From Raja brachyura (Eukaryota), in assembly GCA_963514005.1 (NCBI GenBank), contig OY740786.1:54808001-54872000 (forward strand): a DNA stretch of 64,000 nucleotides. Direction: 5' to 3'. Positions 1 to 11,892 of the stretch are shown here, piece after piece. The first letter of the stretch is position 1. Every line of letters starts with the position of its first letter. The notes under the pieces are model-generated. The model saw only the letters and a list, made by a program, of their open reading frames with translations. It ran no database searches and was not told where the DNA came from. Made by a program: the position numbers and the translations under genes.

Positions 1-59
1 ATACTCAAGAGTCAATGTTGCCTGGAATTTAATTACATCAGATTATTCCATTTCATGAT

Positions 60-1212
60 GTGATTTCTGCCATGCTGAACATAATGCCAAGATAAACTAA
101 TCTCGTCTACCTACACATAATCTATTCCCTCCCAATCCCTATATATCCATGTGCCTATCCAACAATCTTAAACTCCACTTTCATTAATGCCACCACCATC
201 CTTGGCAGCACGTTCCAAGCACCCATACGTTGCTGTGTAACAAACTTACCCCACACACTTGCTTGAAACTATGCCTCTCTCACAAAGCTATGCCTTCTAG
301 TCCTTAAAATTTCCACCCTGGGTGGAAGGTTCTAACAGATCACACCTTAACTTCTGGCATTCCAGAGAAAACAATCCAAGTTTGCCCAAAATCTCCCTGT
401 AGCTTATACTCCCTAAACCAGGCAGCATTCTGGTAAACCTCGTCTGCCTCCACATCCTACCTGTAATGGGGCAACAGGAACTGCAGGCAGTACTCCATAT
501 GTGATCTAACCAAAGCTTTATAGAGGGTACACAAAATGCTGGAGAAACTCAGCGGGTGCAGCAGCAGCTATGGAGCGAAGGAGATAGGCAACGTATCAGG
601 CCGAAACCCTTCTTCAGACTTATAGAGTTGTGTCATGACTTCCTGATTCTTATACTTAATGCCCTCAACAATGAAGGGAAGCATACCATATGCCCTCTTG
701 ATCACTCTATCTTCTTGTGTTGCCACTTTCAGAGAGTTATGAACTGGACCCCAAGATCACTCGGCACATCAATTCCATTATAGATTTAGCAAACAACCTT
801 AAACCTTTCCCATACATTCAACCTCATAGAGTACAACATTGTGCACTTGCTTGGATTAAACTCCATCTGCCATTTCTCACCATTTCTGTATCTTGTATCT
901 GTATCCCACTGTATATTTTCACAGCTTTCCTCACTACCTGCAATTCCAGCAATTTTGGAATTGGCTGCAAACATGCCAACTAACCCATGTACGTTTGTGC
1001 CCAAGTCATTTACGTACATTACTAACAACAGAGGTCCCAGCACAGATTCCTGTGGTCACAGACTGGTCACAGACCTCAAGTTAGAATAATGCCTTTCCAC
1101 TGCAACTCTCTGAGTAAGTCATACTTGAATCCTTGCAAACAAGTCACTGTGAATCTCATGCATCTTAATCTTCTGGATCGGCCTTCCATGGGGAACTTTA
1201 CCAAATGCTTTA
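60..1212 (-). mobile_element. Old CR1-type LINE 3' fragment (RT C-terminus and 3' UTR)
   Basis: ORF 786..1043 LGPLLLVMYVNDL...GMFAANSKIAG is a degenerate CR1 RT (LGPLLFxIYINDL...[10 protein letters not shown]); WQMEFNPSKC follows. Boundaries approximate. Confidence 0.75.
526..619 (-). mobile_element. Short Penelope-derived repeat with decayed hammerhead motif
   Basis: Flanked by direct repeat TTATAGAG (518-525, 620-627); minus strand reads GTCTGAAGAAGGGTTTCGGCCTGATACGTTG; same family recurs through the window. Confidence 0.65.
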
Positions 1213-1504
1213 TTGTACAGTGAGGTTAATAATATCCTTCCTCACAGGCATGATCACAGATCCCCAAGTCATCCCTAACCATGAAAGGCAGACCCCCAAT
1301 ACCCCACCTACCCGCAAATTGCCAACCACAATGCTCTTATTTATTTCACTTCTAATCACAGGGCTCCAAGTCAGCTCACTCTAGCAACTACCTTCATCCG
1401 GCCCTATTTCCAATCAAGAACCCTCACCCCGTCCCAAGCCTCTCATCCTCCTAAATCACCCTGCTCTGCGCCTAGATTTTCCCTTATCCCTTTCCCGTGA
1501 CTTT

Positions 1505-2282
1505 AGATAATATTGGGCATTTTAGGTGCCTGACAAAATGGAGGATTTCTGCTTTTGCAAAGCCTGCTTGAGATCCTTTGCAAAGCTGCAAAAACCATGA
1601 GGATCATGGCTACAGTGTCTGGGGCCTGGGAAGAGTTTGAATACAGGCTGATGTCCAGATGTCCTTTAATTGATAATATGTATGAGGGTTTTGCAGAGGG
1701 AGCTAGATCCTGCTACAAATAAATACTCAGGGTTTGTTTGGGAGATGATGGGGTTATAATAGTGTTGCATGGTCTCTGCGCTGTTACTCGTGATTGGTGA
1801 AGGAGACGGGCCTTGCCCAAATTGTTTACTTTACCTGGTAGAATTTTTCTTTGCTTAATGGAACTGTTTCCCACTAAGTGCTTTAGATCAAAACAATGTT
1901 ATGTGATATTTTGTGATTGGGTTAGGGAACTGTGAATTAATGTATTTTGTTACCCTTATTGATGATTGGCTTGTAGGGGTTGCTCTCCCCCATATATTTT
2001 GTACCAAGTGTCCGTGAAGGTATAAAAGAGGGGAGAGCACATGAGAGTGTGCCGATCTTCTAGGGTAGCACTCCAGACCATGATGCTCTTCTGGAGTTGT
2101 TCTATTCACACGAGGCTGAAGGGCTTGAATGAGTAGAGATGAAGATCAGACCCATGGTGTTGGATTAGGTATCGTATAGGTAGTGTGTTTGTGTTGGATA
2201 ATAAAGAGAGTTGATTAGCAGTGCTTGTATTCGGTGTTTGACTGAACCGGACTCTGGGGGTAAGATTAGGACCAGAATTACA
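1505..2282 (+). repeat. ERV 5' LTR
   Basis: Direct repeat of 9745-10526; ends ...AATTACA just before the PBS; AATAAA at 2200-2205. Confidence 0.93.
1916..2027 (+). promoter_or_regulatory. LTR core promoter (two reverse CCAAT boxes and TATA box)
   Basis: ATTGG at 1916 and 1965, TATAAAA at 2021-2027; same arrangement in the 3' LTR. Confidence 0.65.
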
Positions 2283-2283
2283 T

Positions 2284-2301
2284 TGGTGGCTCGTCCAGGA
2301 T
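2284..2301 (+). other. Primer binding site, tRNA-Pro type
   Basis: TGGTGGCTCGTCCAGGAT, 2 mismatches to the MLV-type tRNA-Pro PBS TGGGGGCTCGTCCGGGAT, 1 nt after the LTR end. Confidence 0.85.
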
Positions 2302-3989
2302 CTCAACAGAGTGCCAAACATAAATTTGCGGTCAGGGAATTGAGTCATTTCAGATTGCGAGAGGAAGAATTGGCACCACGGTGCAACTTTTGCATTGGTT
2401 TTCCCCGCTCCACTGATCTAGGACAAATCGCTCATTCACGTGCTTGTGTTTGGATTCCCGACGAGATCTAGAAGAATAGTAGTGTGGGGAGCACTGAGGC
2501 CGAGGGTTGAAGTCCCTGCCAAAGGGAAGTGGATGGTGGGAGTTAGACTCACAAGGATTTTTTCTAGTTGGTTTGAGGCTCCAAACCTTTGTTAGTCAAC
2601 AACTATTGCATTTGGGTACCATTGAGTTGGCCCGATATATTTGAGGGGTTGGAGGCTCCACTCAGGCTGGGATACAAAATTTGAGTTGCGATGTATCTTC
2701 ATAGACAGGGCTGAGTAGGGACAGTACTAAGAGGGGTAAGTAGTGTATCGGTGCTGAGAGTACGATTGGAAAGAGACACTTTGAAATTTGCATTGAAAAC
2801 CAGCGCGAAGCGGAGACGTGCTGAGGACCAGTATTTAGCAGTTGGAAGGAGTTGCCTAGGGGGTTTGAGTCCCCGCCTGTGTGCTGTTTAAGAACTTTGG
2901 ACAAGTTTTAAAACTTTGGAACAGCACTGGGAACTCAGTTTTGGAGTATAATTGGCTGAGAAATACTTGAAAAGGATTGGGAGACGAGTCTATTATCTGG
3001 AACAGTGACTTACATTCTAAATGTTCCAATTCAAATTTCACCAAATTCAGGGCGTCATATTGAAGGACACTGGTGATTGAATAGAGATCCGTTGATTTAT
3101 TCCAGGCTTTCAAATTGAGGGCACTGGCTATTGTATATTAATACAATTATAAAATAGATTTTATAGACAATATATTGTTAATATTGTTAATTTAGAGAAT
3201 GTTAGTGTGTTAGATACTGCCATTGTAATCGTAGTTTGAATCATGACTGTATGTTAATGTGATTAAGACTGCTTTTGTAATTGGAGTCAGAGTTGTGACT
3301 GTGCGATCAGGGGGGCATATCTTGTGGTTCCAGGGACGGGTAATCTGTTAGAGGAAAAGTAAATTGGGAGAGGAATACGTACCCATTAGTGGAAAAAATA
3401 CCTTGAAGAGAATAGTACCGTCAAGTATAACTTGGGAGAGGAATAAGTACCCGTTAATGGAAAAGTACCTTGAAAGGAATAGTATCGCCATGAGAAAAAT
3501 AACTTTGAAGGGAAAGTCTCCTGTACCATGGGAGGGGTTCCATTGATTGACAACAGCACGATTTGGGTAATGTAGAATATTGTGATTTATATAGAACTGT
3601 ACAGTTAGTGAATGCTTATTATTCAAATGCTTGTATTTTACAGTGCAATGTGTTTTTGTATGATAGTTATTAGTAGTATTATTTCTTGTTTAATTTTGAT
3701 TATGCTTGCGTGTTATGAGCTCATTTGCCTGTGTTTAGATTGAAGTGTTTTGAGTGTAGGAGATTTGCTGCTGAAGTGTGTTTGATTGTTCTGTTGCACA
3801 TTAGACTGAGATTGTTTGCCGACTTGAAATTGTTTACAGGTTTGAAAGCTTGTGTGAATTCTGTGTGTGAGATTTGTGTGTGGAAGAATGTTGGGGTACC
3901 CAGGTTGAAAGCCATTGTATGTAACTAACTTGTTAAGCCTTGTGAGTGGAGTGTGAATCGTTTGGATACTTTATCCATTGTTAGTAATA

Positions 3990-6058
3990 ATGGCAAACCA
4001 GATTGAGAGAGATACAATGGAAATGTCCAAAAGTTTATTACAATTAGTTTGTAGTGAGTTCCCACAAAAGCGGAAAGATTTAAATATTTTTCGAGAGCGT
4101 TGAATAAGAAATTAGGAGTTTAGATATGTGGACCGAAGGAGGGGTTGGAACACTGAAGGGAGTGAAATACATTGAGAAGATTGTTTGGCAAAGCAGCAAC
4201 AGTGATGTAGCAAAGGAACTTATTGGGCTATGGAGTCAATATTACGAAGGAGTAGAAGAACACAGAGAGGCTGCTATAATGGCGAACTGGCAGGAGGCAG
4301 CTTTGAAGCTTGGAACAGAGTTAAAAGACGATGAAGGAAACAAACCTCTAGGTACCTTAAAGAAGGAATGTGGATGTGCTTATAAAGAACATAGGGAACT
4401 GGAGAAAAAGAGAACTCCTGAAGGGAAACTGGCATTTGTAGACTTAGAGTTAAGGGACCCGCTGGTTGGCTATGGCTTGGAAGGGGGAGATGAAGAATAT
4501 TTAGAGGATTGGGAGAGCGTTCGAATTAAAAGAAGTTTACAGACTCCACCTTATTCCCCATGCGCTCCCTATACTCCACCTTCACATCCAGCACCTTGTA
4601 CACCCTGTGTGCATCACAGGCCTCCTCCTGTGCCTACAGCACCACCCACACCTTCTGCTGATCCTATAGTAGTACCTGCTCATCAGACAGCAGCACCAGC
4701 ACAGGGTTCTTTGACCCCAACTGCTCCACCATTGGCATAGAGTCCAGTGGCGCATGGAACAAGGAGCAAAACAAAGAAAATAGCTCCCGTGTTTAAAGAT
4801 AAAGATAAAGTACGACCATCAGAATCATTTTATGAGCCTAAACCTAGAAGGATAAGATGACCACCTAGAGAGATAAGATATGCCTTCAGGAAATATCACC
4901 TTCCCCCTAGTGATGAGGAGATACATCGGAGGGTGAAACACTGAGAGTCCGATATAGCAAAAATTATGATGGAAGAACAAATATCCTGTCGTCAGTTCCC
5001 AGTTAGGGAGATGCCTAACCCAGTCTTTGATCCGGCTAATGCAGTTGGTGCAAACAATCCCCAAACCATTGATGTATATTCCCCATGGAAACCTAATGAA
5101 ATTATGGCAGTACTGGGTAAAATACCTGACAGAAAGAAATCACCTGCTTCCTTTGTGGACTATCTGCGGACCACTATGCGTGTGTATCATGCTGATTCAA
5201 GAGACTTATGGGCTGTAATACAACAGATCATAACTCCTACAGGGCATACCAGGTTCTTAGCCACTTTAGGACAACCAACTTATGAAGCATTGGCTAATGT
5301 GATCGCTGGTAATAGTGCAAGAGAAGATGCAGTTTTAACTGCCCTTACTAATGCCCTTCAAAAGCCAATAGTTATTGCTAGGATTCTAGATGTTCGGCCA
5401 AAGAAAGGAGAGGGAGCAGACAAGTTTTTAGAAAGGTTCTTGGAACTATATATGGATCAGTCAGGAGATCTAAATTTTCGGAATGGGGCAAATTCTCCTC
5501 TGTACTGCGCAATATTGTTAAACTGTCTGCCAACTAAGTGGCTGAAGCCATTAAAACAAACAACATGGACTGGTCGGAAAACAGTTCTGGTCAAAAGGCT
5601 CATGCAGTGAGATATAACTTTAAGGATATCAAGAAACAAGAGAGTCAGCCAGTGGTTAAGGCAAAAACTGAATATGTGACAAAGAAGGAGGCGCTAAAGT
5701 CTAATTTAGATTTATGGAGTCCTCAGCCAAGGGCAACGCATAGTTTGATATAATGGACAGGGCCACCAGAACCAGATTATCCAGGTTACCCTGATGTGCC
5801 ACCTCCCCTAGAACCAATTTCCCCAAGACCAATCTGGAGAGGGAATAGAATATTGGGACCAGACCAATCCTACGCTTGTGGTGGATTAGGTCACTGGAGT
5901 AGGAAGTGCCCAACAGATGCTTGCTTTAACTGTGGTCAGCTAGGCCATTGGAGCAAGGAATATCCATTGGGAAGACAAAAGAGAAGGGACTATAACAAGA
6001 GCAAAGGGGGGGTTACAAAGAAACTGAAAGGGGAGACAAATAACCGTTCCCAAGATGA
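3990..6058 (+). pseudogene. gag: ERV gag, frameshifted
   Basis: ATG at 3990; proline-rich region with PPY and two PTAP late-domain motifs (ORF 4126..4740); capsid with MHR-like LDVRPKKGEGADKFLERF (ORF 4966..5610); two degenerate CCHC knuckles (ORF 5796..6065). End approximate. Confidence 0.85.
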
Positions 6059-6089
6059 CTCCTGAAGGAAATAATTGGAATGTGAATGA

Positions 6090-9000
6090 TTTGGCACTGG
6101 TAACAGGACAAGAAGGAACTGCAGAGTAAGTTAAAATATCCTAGACATATGGAAACAAGTTTCAGAAGTTGCTCCACACATCACAAGGAAGGTGAGTTTT
6201 CCAGCAAGTGTGAAAGTCTTGGGAGCAATGGTACAGAAAGCAATTGATCTGGCAGATCCGAATGTATATGAAGAACAAAACTTGCCTAATCAATGTACTG
6301 TTAACTTTTATCAAACCCCGAGGACAGTTGCTGCCCAACTACGCCAGCATCTGAGGAGTGAGGTATGTGAATATGTGGACCCGCAATTGTGGGCAGAGGA
6401 CGCAACTCAGGTAGGAAGTGTTCGCATTGATCCCTCCACGTAGCTCTCCAGAAAGGGGTGACACTGCGTTCGAAACAACAGTAGCCATTAAAACAATAGG
6501 AAATTCCTATTATAGACAAGCTGATTCGGGGATGGGTGGAGTAAGACATCTAAGTGAAGTGCCAGTCTATTTGCTACACACCAATCCTTGCAGTGCCAAA
6601 GGCAGGGAAAGAGGGCCAGTACAGGTTAGTCCAGGATTTAAGATCAGTCAATGCAGTAGTAGAACCGCTCCATGTCTTGGGGCCAAATACGGCTCATGTT
6701 CTAGCTTTGATTCTAGCAGAAGCTAAGATCTTTTCAATTGTAGACCTACGACATGCTTCTCATTACCTCTGCACAAGAACAGCCAGTCTCTATTTGCCTT
6801 TACTTACAAGGGACAACAATATACGTGGACAAATCTACCGCAGGAATTTATTAATTCGCCTACGTTGTTTTCTCGATGTCTTCAAGAACAGTTAAGCACT
6901 TTTAGTTTTAAAAGGGAATCCACTTTGATACAGTATGAGGACGACTTGTTGGTGTCGAGTGTAGATGGGCAAAGCAATCATGAGGACACTGCTCAATTAT
7001 TGAATCATCTGGCAAATTTATGATATGTGGTATCTCAGTCCAAGGTATTGATGACTTTCAACAAAAAGTAAAGTTTCTAGGAGTAAACATCTCGGCCACA
7101 GAGAGAAGTTTAAAGAAGAGCAGACTGGAACCAATTTGCGAATTTCCTATTCCAAAAGAGGCAAAGCAAATGAGGCAGTGGCTCAATATGGTAAACTGCT
7201 GCCGACACTGGATCCATAATATTGCAGTAGACACCAAGGAATTGATTCCTTATACTAAAGGGCGAATTTCAGTTGTCCAAAGAAGCTCAGAAAGAGATCT
7301 TTAATGCAGGCCCCAGCACAAGGAAGGTCACTCTACGATAGACCCTTCCAACTTCACTGTACCATCCTTTCTGAAAGTTCAACTGCAAGATTCACCCAAA
7401 AGCACGGGGATAAGCACAGACCAGTGGCTTATTACTCATCAAAGCTCGACCCAGTAGCAAGGGGACACCCACTATGCACCCAGATCCAAACAGCAATCTA
7501 TAATAGTCTACAGGCTGCTGCAAATCTGAACTTACAGCAATAAATAGTAGTGTACAGTTCCCATTCGGTGGCAGCCTTGTTGGGATAGCTTCAAACTCAG
7601 CATCTGACAATTACTTGTCAAAATAAAAATGAAATTTATCTATTGAACAATCCAAAACTCCAATTTAGACACTGTACTAATATTAATGCAGCATCTTTCC
7701 TCATTTCACCTCCAGAGCAACAGTCAGAAGCATAATTGAAGAAGAAACATCTGTAAGGGAGGATTTAATAGACGCTCCTATAGAAGATGCTGACAGGGCA
7801 CTTTACGTAGATGGGAGTGCATCCATTGGGCCCCAAGGAGAGAGATTTTCTGGGTATGCTATTGTAGACCAGGATGGGAAAGCTTAGAGGCAGCTGCTTT
7901 TGAATCTCCCTATTCAGCACAACAGGCTGAACTGTTTGCTTTAATTACAGCATGTATTGTTGGGTAAGATTTTAGGCTGAACATATATACAGATTTGAGA
8001 TATGCATTCGGAGTAGTACATGACTTTGGACAACTATGGAGGAATAGAGGATTCCTAACCTCAGCAGGAACTCAAAAATCTCATAAGCAATTGGTGACTG
8101 ATTTATTAAAGGCTCTGATACTACCTAGACAAATTTCAGTGATGAAGTGTAGCACTCACACAAAGGGACATACCACGATTAACATAGGTAATCATTGTGC
8201 TGATCAAGCAGCAAAGGAAGTATCCCGGGAACACAAGGTGGTAGTGCCAAGAATGATGAGGCAGATAAAAAGTTCAGGTAACAAGTGTCCCTCGGCAAAG
8301 CCAATGCCAACCATCCAGGAAATTATTCAGTTGCTGAATAAGGGGAAGCTTCTGAAGGGGATATAAGATTATGGAAACAGCTTGGATGTACAATAGATTG
8401 CACGTCGGGATTGTGGGTTACTCCGGCAGGGCAGACTTGTATGACGGATCCTCTTGCAGTTTGGGTTGTGGAGTGATGCATTTTGCGACTCACTGAGGTG
8501 CGAGAGCAATTGGTGACGCTCTTTCGGCTACTTGGTGGCATCCAAGATTACTAACTTTGGCCCAGAAAGTGAGTGGCAGTTGTAACATTTGTCAGAAATT
8601 TAATCCTGGGAAAGGAGTAGGTTGTGAAGATGGGAAAACACCTTTGCCCATCTTCACTTGGGTCCTTTTGAAACTCTTCAGATGGATTATATCGAGTTAG
8701 AGAAATGCCAGGGATAAAGATATGTACTTGTGATTGTCGACGTATTCAGCAGATGGATCGAGGCCTATCCAACACTTGATAACAAAGCAGCTACTGTTGT
8801 CAAGGTCCCCTTGAGAGAAATTAACCTTAGATTCGGTATCCCAATTTGGCTTAGTTCTGACAATGGTCCTCATTTTATTGGCCAAATTAATAAAGAATTC
8901 TGTGAACAGTAGACATCCAACAGCAACTACACTATGCTTATCGACCACAGGCTGTTGGACATGTAGAAAGGCCAAACCAGACCCTAGCTAAATTGAAGGC

Positions 9001-9450
9001 AGAGACAATAAATGGTTGGATCAAATTACTCCCTATAGCTTTGTTTTAGATGCGTGTAATGCCTGCAGGGAAATCGAGATTGAGCACAGCTGAAATTGTT
9101 TATGGACGGCCTTTGAAAACCCCTTGGAACCAAAATGCCATAAAAGTCGCTTCCATCTCATGACTATGGAGATTGTCGGATTACGTTCTGGTTATTATGT
9201 ACTAGTGAAGAATTGGGTAAGGAAAGGTTTGGAGGTTTGGTGGGAGATCCTTAGCAGGTTCTCTTGACAACTCCAACAGTGATTAGAAACATAGAAACAT
9301 AGAAAATAGGTGCAGGAGGAGGGCATTCGGTCCTTCGAGCCAGCACCGCCATTCATTGTGATCATGGCTGATCGTTCCCAGTCAATAACCCGTGACTGTC
9401 TTAAGTAGAAGCACAGAATGCGTGGTTTCATCTTCACCATTGTAAAAGTA
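6090..9450 (+). pseudogene. pol: ERV pol (RT, RNase H, integrase), many stops and frameshifts; protease not found
   Basis: TPILAVPK...YRLVQDLRSVN; LPQEFINSP; QYEDDLL (decayed YVDD, ~6931); RNase H YVDGS, SAQQAEL, YTDLRYAFGVVHDFG; integrase IVDVFSRWIEAYP, SSDNGPHF, VERANQT. Confidence 0.92.
9285..9394 (-). mobile_element. CR1 3'-tail fragment inserted in the integrase C-terminus
   Basis: AGAAACATAGAAACATAGAAAATAGGTGCAGG... matches the CR1 tail at ~21208 and ~57785. Confidence 0.85.
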
Positions 9451-9732
9451 TTAGTGGAAAAATAGGCTGCTAACTTGTTTTCGTCAAGGAAATTCTTAGG
9501 TAACATCATACCCATCGAAAGCTAAGAGTTCGTTCAGCAAGCAAGATGGACAAAGAGGATTCGTGCCCACGCAAACTCGGGAGATGGAGACTCATCAGTC
9601 AGAAATCATGAAACTATGCCCATGCAAACTTGGGAAGTTACTTAGAGTTCTGATAAATTACATCGCCAGTGTGTTAAGTTGTATAACAGGAACTGTGTCA
9701 TCTTATTATTATTATTTGTTATCATGTATGAT

Positions 9733-9744
9733 AAAAGAGGGGAA
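9733..9744 (+). other. Polypurine tract
   Basis: AAAAGAGGGGAA directly abutting the TG start of the 3' LTR. Confidence 0.88.
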
Positions 9745-10526
9745 TGATGATATTGGGCATTTCAGGTGCCTGACAAAATGGAGGATTTCTGCTTTTGCAA
9801 AGCCTGTTTGACATCCTTCACAAGAGTTGCAAAGACCATGAGGATCATGGCTCCAGTGGGCCTGGAAAGAGGTTCAATACAGGTTGATGTCCAGGTGTGC
9901 TTTAATTGATAATATGTATGAGGGTTTTGCAGAGGGAGCTAGGTCCTGCTGCAAATGCATGCTCAGGATTAGTTGGGAGATGATGGGGTTATAATAATGT
10001 TGATAACTATGTTGCATGGTCTTTGCGCCATTACTCGTGATTGGTCAAGGAGAGGGGCTTTGCCCAAATTGTTTACTTTACCTGGTAGAATGTTTCTTTG
10101 CTCAATGGAACTGTTACCCACTAAGTGCTTTCTATCGAAACAATGTTATGTGATATTTTGTGATTGGGTTAGGGAACTGTGAATTAATGTATTTTGTTAC
10201 CCTTATTGATGATTGGCTTGTAGGGGTTGCTCTCCCCCATATATTTTGTACCAAGTGTCCGTGAAGGTATAAAAGAGGGGAGAGCACATGAGAGTGTGCC
10301 GATCTTCTGGGGTACAACTTAGGACTCTGCTGATCTTCTGGAGTTGTATTCGATCAAGGCTGAAGGGCTTGAATGAGTAGAGACAAAGATCGGACCCGTG
10401 GTGTTGGATTAGGTATCGTATAGGTAGTGTGTTTGTGTTGGATAATAAAGAGAGTTGATTACCAGTGCTTGTATTCGGTGTTTAACTGAACCAGACTAAG
10501 AGGGTAAGATTAGGACCGGAATTAGA
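9745..10526 (+). repeat. ERV 3' LTR
   Basis: Starts TGATGATATTGGG after the PPT; homologous to 1505-2282. Confidence 0.93.
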
Positions 10527-10530
10527 CTTT

Positions 10531-10640
10531 CAGTCTAAAGAAGGGTTTCGACCCAAAACGTCATCCATTCCTTTTCTCCAGAGATGCTGCATGTTCCACT
10601 GAGTTATTCCAGCATTTTATGTTAATCCTGGATTTAACTA
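10531..10640 (+). mobile_element. Penelope-derived hammerhead-type repeat (ERV target)
   Basis: CAGTCTAAAGAAGGGTTTCGACCCAAAACGTC...CCAGAGATGCTGC...GAGTTATTCCAGCATTTT; joins the pyrimidine-rich sequence left of the ERV. Confidence 0.65.
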
Positions 10641-11114
10641 CTTTCCTTTGGCCCCGTGTGCTAAGGTCATTCAGTCGATCCTGTTGCCCAATTTCCAAAT
10701 AACAGGTACATAACCAAAACAATTATCAACATGCCACACATCGACTGAATGAAATTATTTTGCTAGCCCCAATCAAGATTTAGGTCTTTGTGCTTTTTCT
10801 TTGTCATCTGGCCAATCTGAGGACATGGCTTAATAATGCCCAAAATATTTTTTTCATTTTATTTCTCATTTTTATTTATAGTGATTTTTAGGGTGACATT
10901 GTGCCTAATGTCATAGGAGGCCCAGTCAACTCATGGACCATACTGAGGGTGTCATGCATGTCCCTGTTATGGAAACATACTTAAATATTTGTCATGAGCA
11001 TCAGAGTTTCAGATGGACACAGGTTTCATTCCCCTTCTAATGGCATTAGTTGCTGAAACATTACAACTTTGGTGAGTAATATTAGAGGGCTGTGTCAATT
11101 TTGTATTTTCCTGC

Positions 11115-11505
11115 ACAGTGGGTGAGATGCTGAAAGACTGGAGTGTGGCTAAAGTTGTGCCTGTATTTAAGTAGGGCTGCAAGGACCAGTCATAACAACT
11201 ACAGACTGGAAAGTCACTGGATGTGATTCTGAGAGATAGGCTGTAATTGCAAAGGCAAGGGCTGTTAATGAATAGTCAGCAAGGTTTTGTGCGTGGGAAA
11301 TCATGTCTCACAAATTTGATTGAGTTTGTTGAAGAGGTGATCAACATGATTCATGAGGACATGGCAGTAGATATTGTCTACAGAGACTCTAGCAAGGCTT
11401 TTGACAAGACCCACATGGTAGGTTGGTCCATAAAGTTAGATTGCATGGGATCCAAGATGAGCTAGCCAAATGGTTACAAAATTGGCTTGGTGGAAGAAGT
11501 CAGAT
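11115..11505 (+). mobile_element. CR1 RT fragment
   Basis: SQQGFVRGKSCLTNLIEF...VDIVYRDSSKAFDK. Confidence 0.8.
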
Positions 11506-11892
11506 AGTATTGGAGAAAAATAAACTGCTGGAAAAACTCAGTGGATCAGACAGCATTTGTAGAAGGAAATTACAAACAATGGTTAGGGTTGGGACCTTTC
11601 TTCCGACTCGTATGGGAGGGTTGTTTAATTAATATTTTAATGTGTATTGTGCGTGGAGTGTCTGTAGATTCATCCACTCTCTGAATATGTAAATGATGTC
11701 GGAATTTTAGAACAGCCTCACTCTTCTTTGTACAAGCATACAGGTAGTCCAATAATGAATGAAAGTATCACTTTTAGTCGAATTTCTAAGGGAAGAATTG
11801 CTCTGGCGAGTAGGCATTAAAGTTATGAAAAATGAAAGGTGTTTCTAAGCACATTATGCATTTTTTTATCATGGAATATTTAATTAAACAGA

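Larger units (their letters stand above)
1505..10526 (+). mobile_element. Endogenous retrovirus, class I (gamma/epsilon-like), decayed, no env
   Basis: Two ~780-bp LTRs, PBS, gag and pol remnants, PPT; CTTT on both sides (1501-1504, 10527-10530). Confidence 0.95.

Noticed and set aside
9563-9811. Possible env remnant
   Set aside because: No furin site, CX6CC or immunosuppressive motif; ORF runs through the PPT into the LTR.
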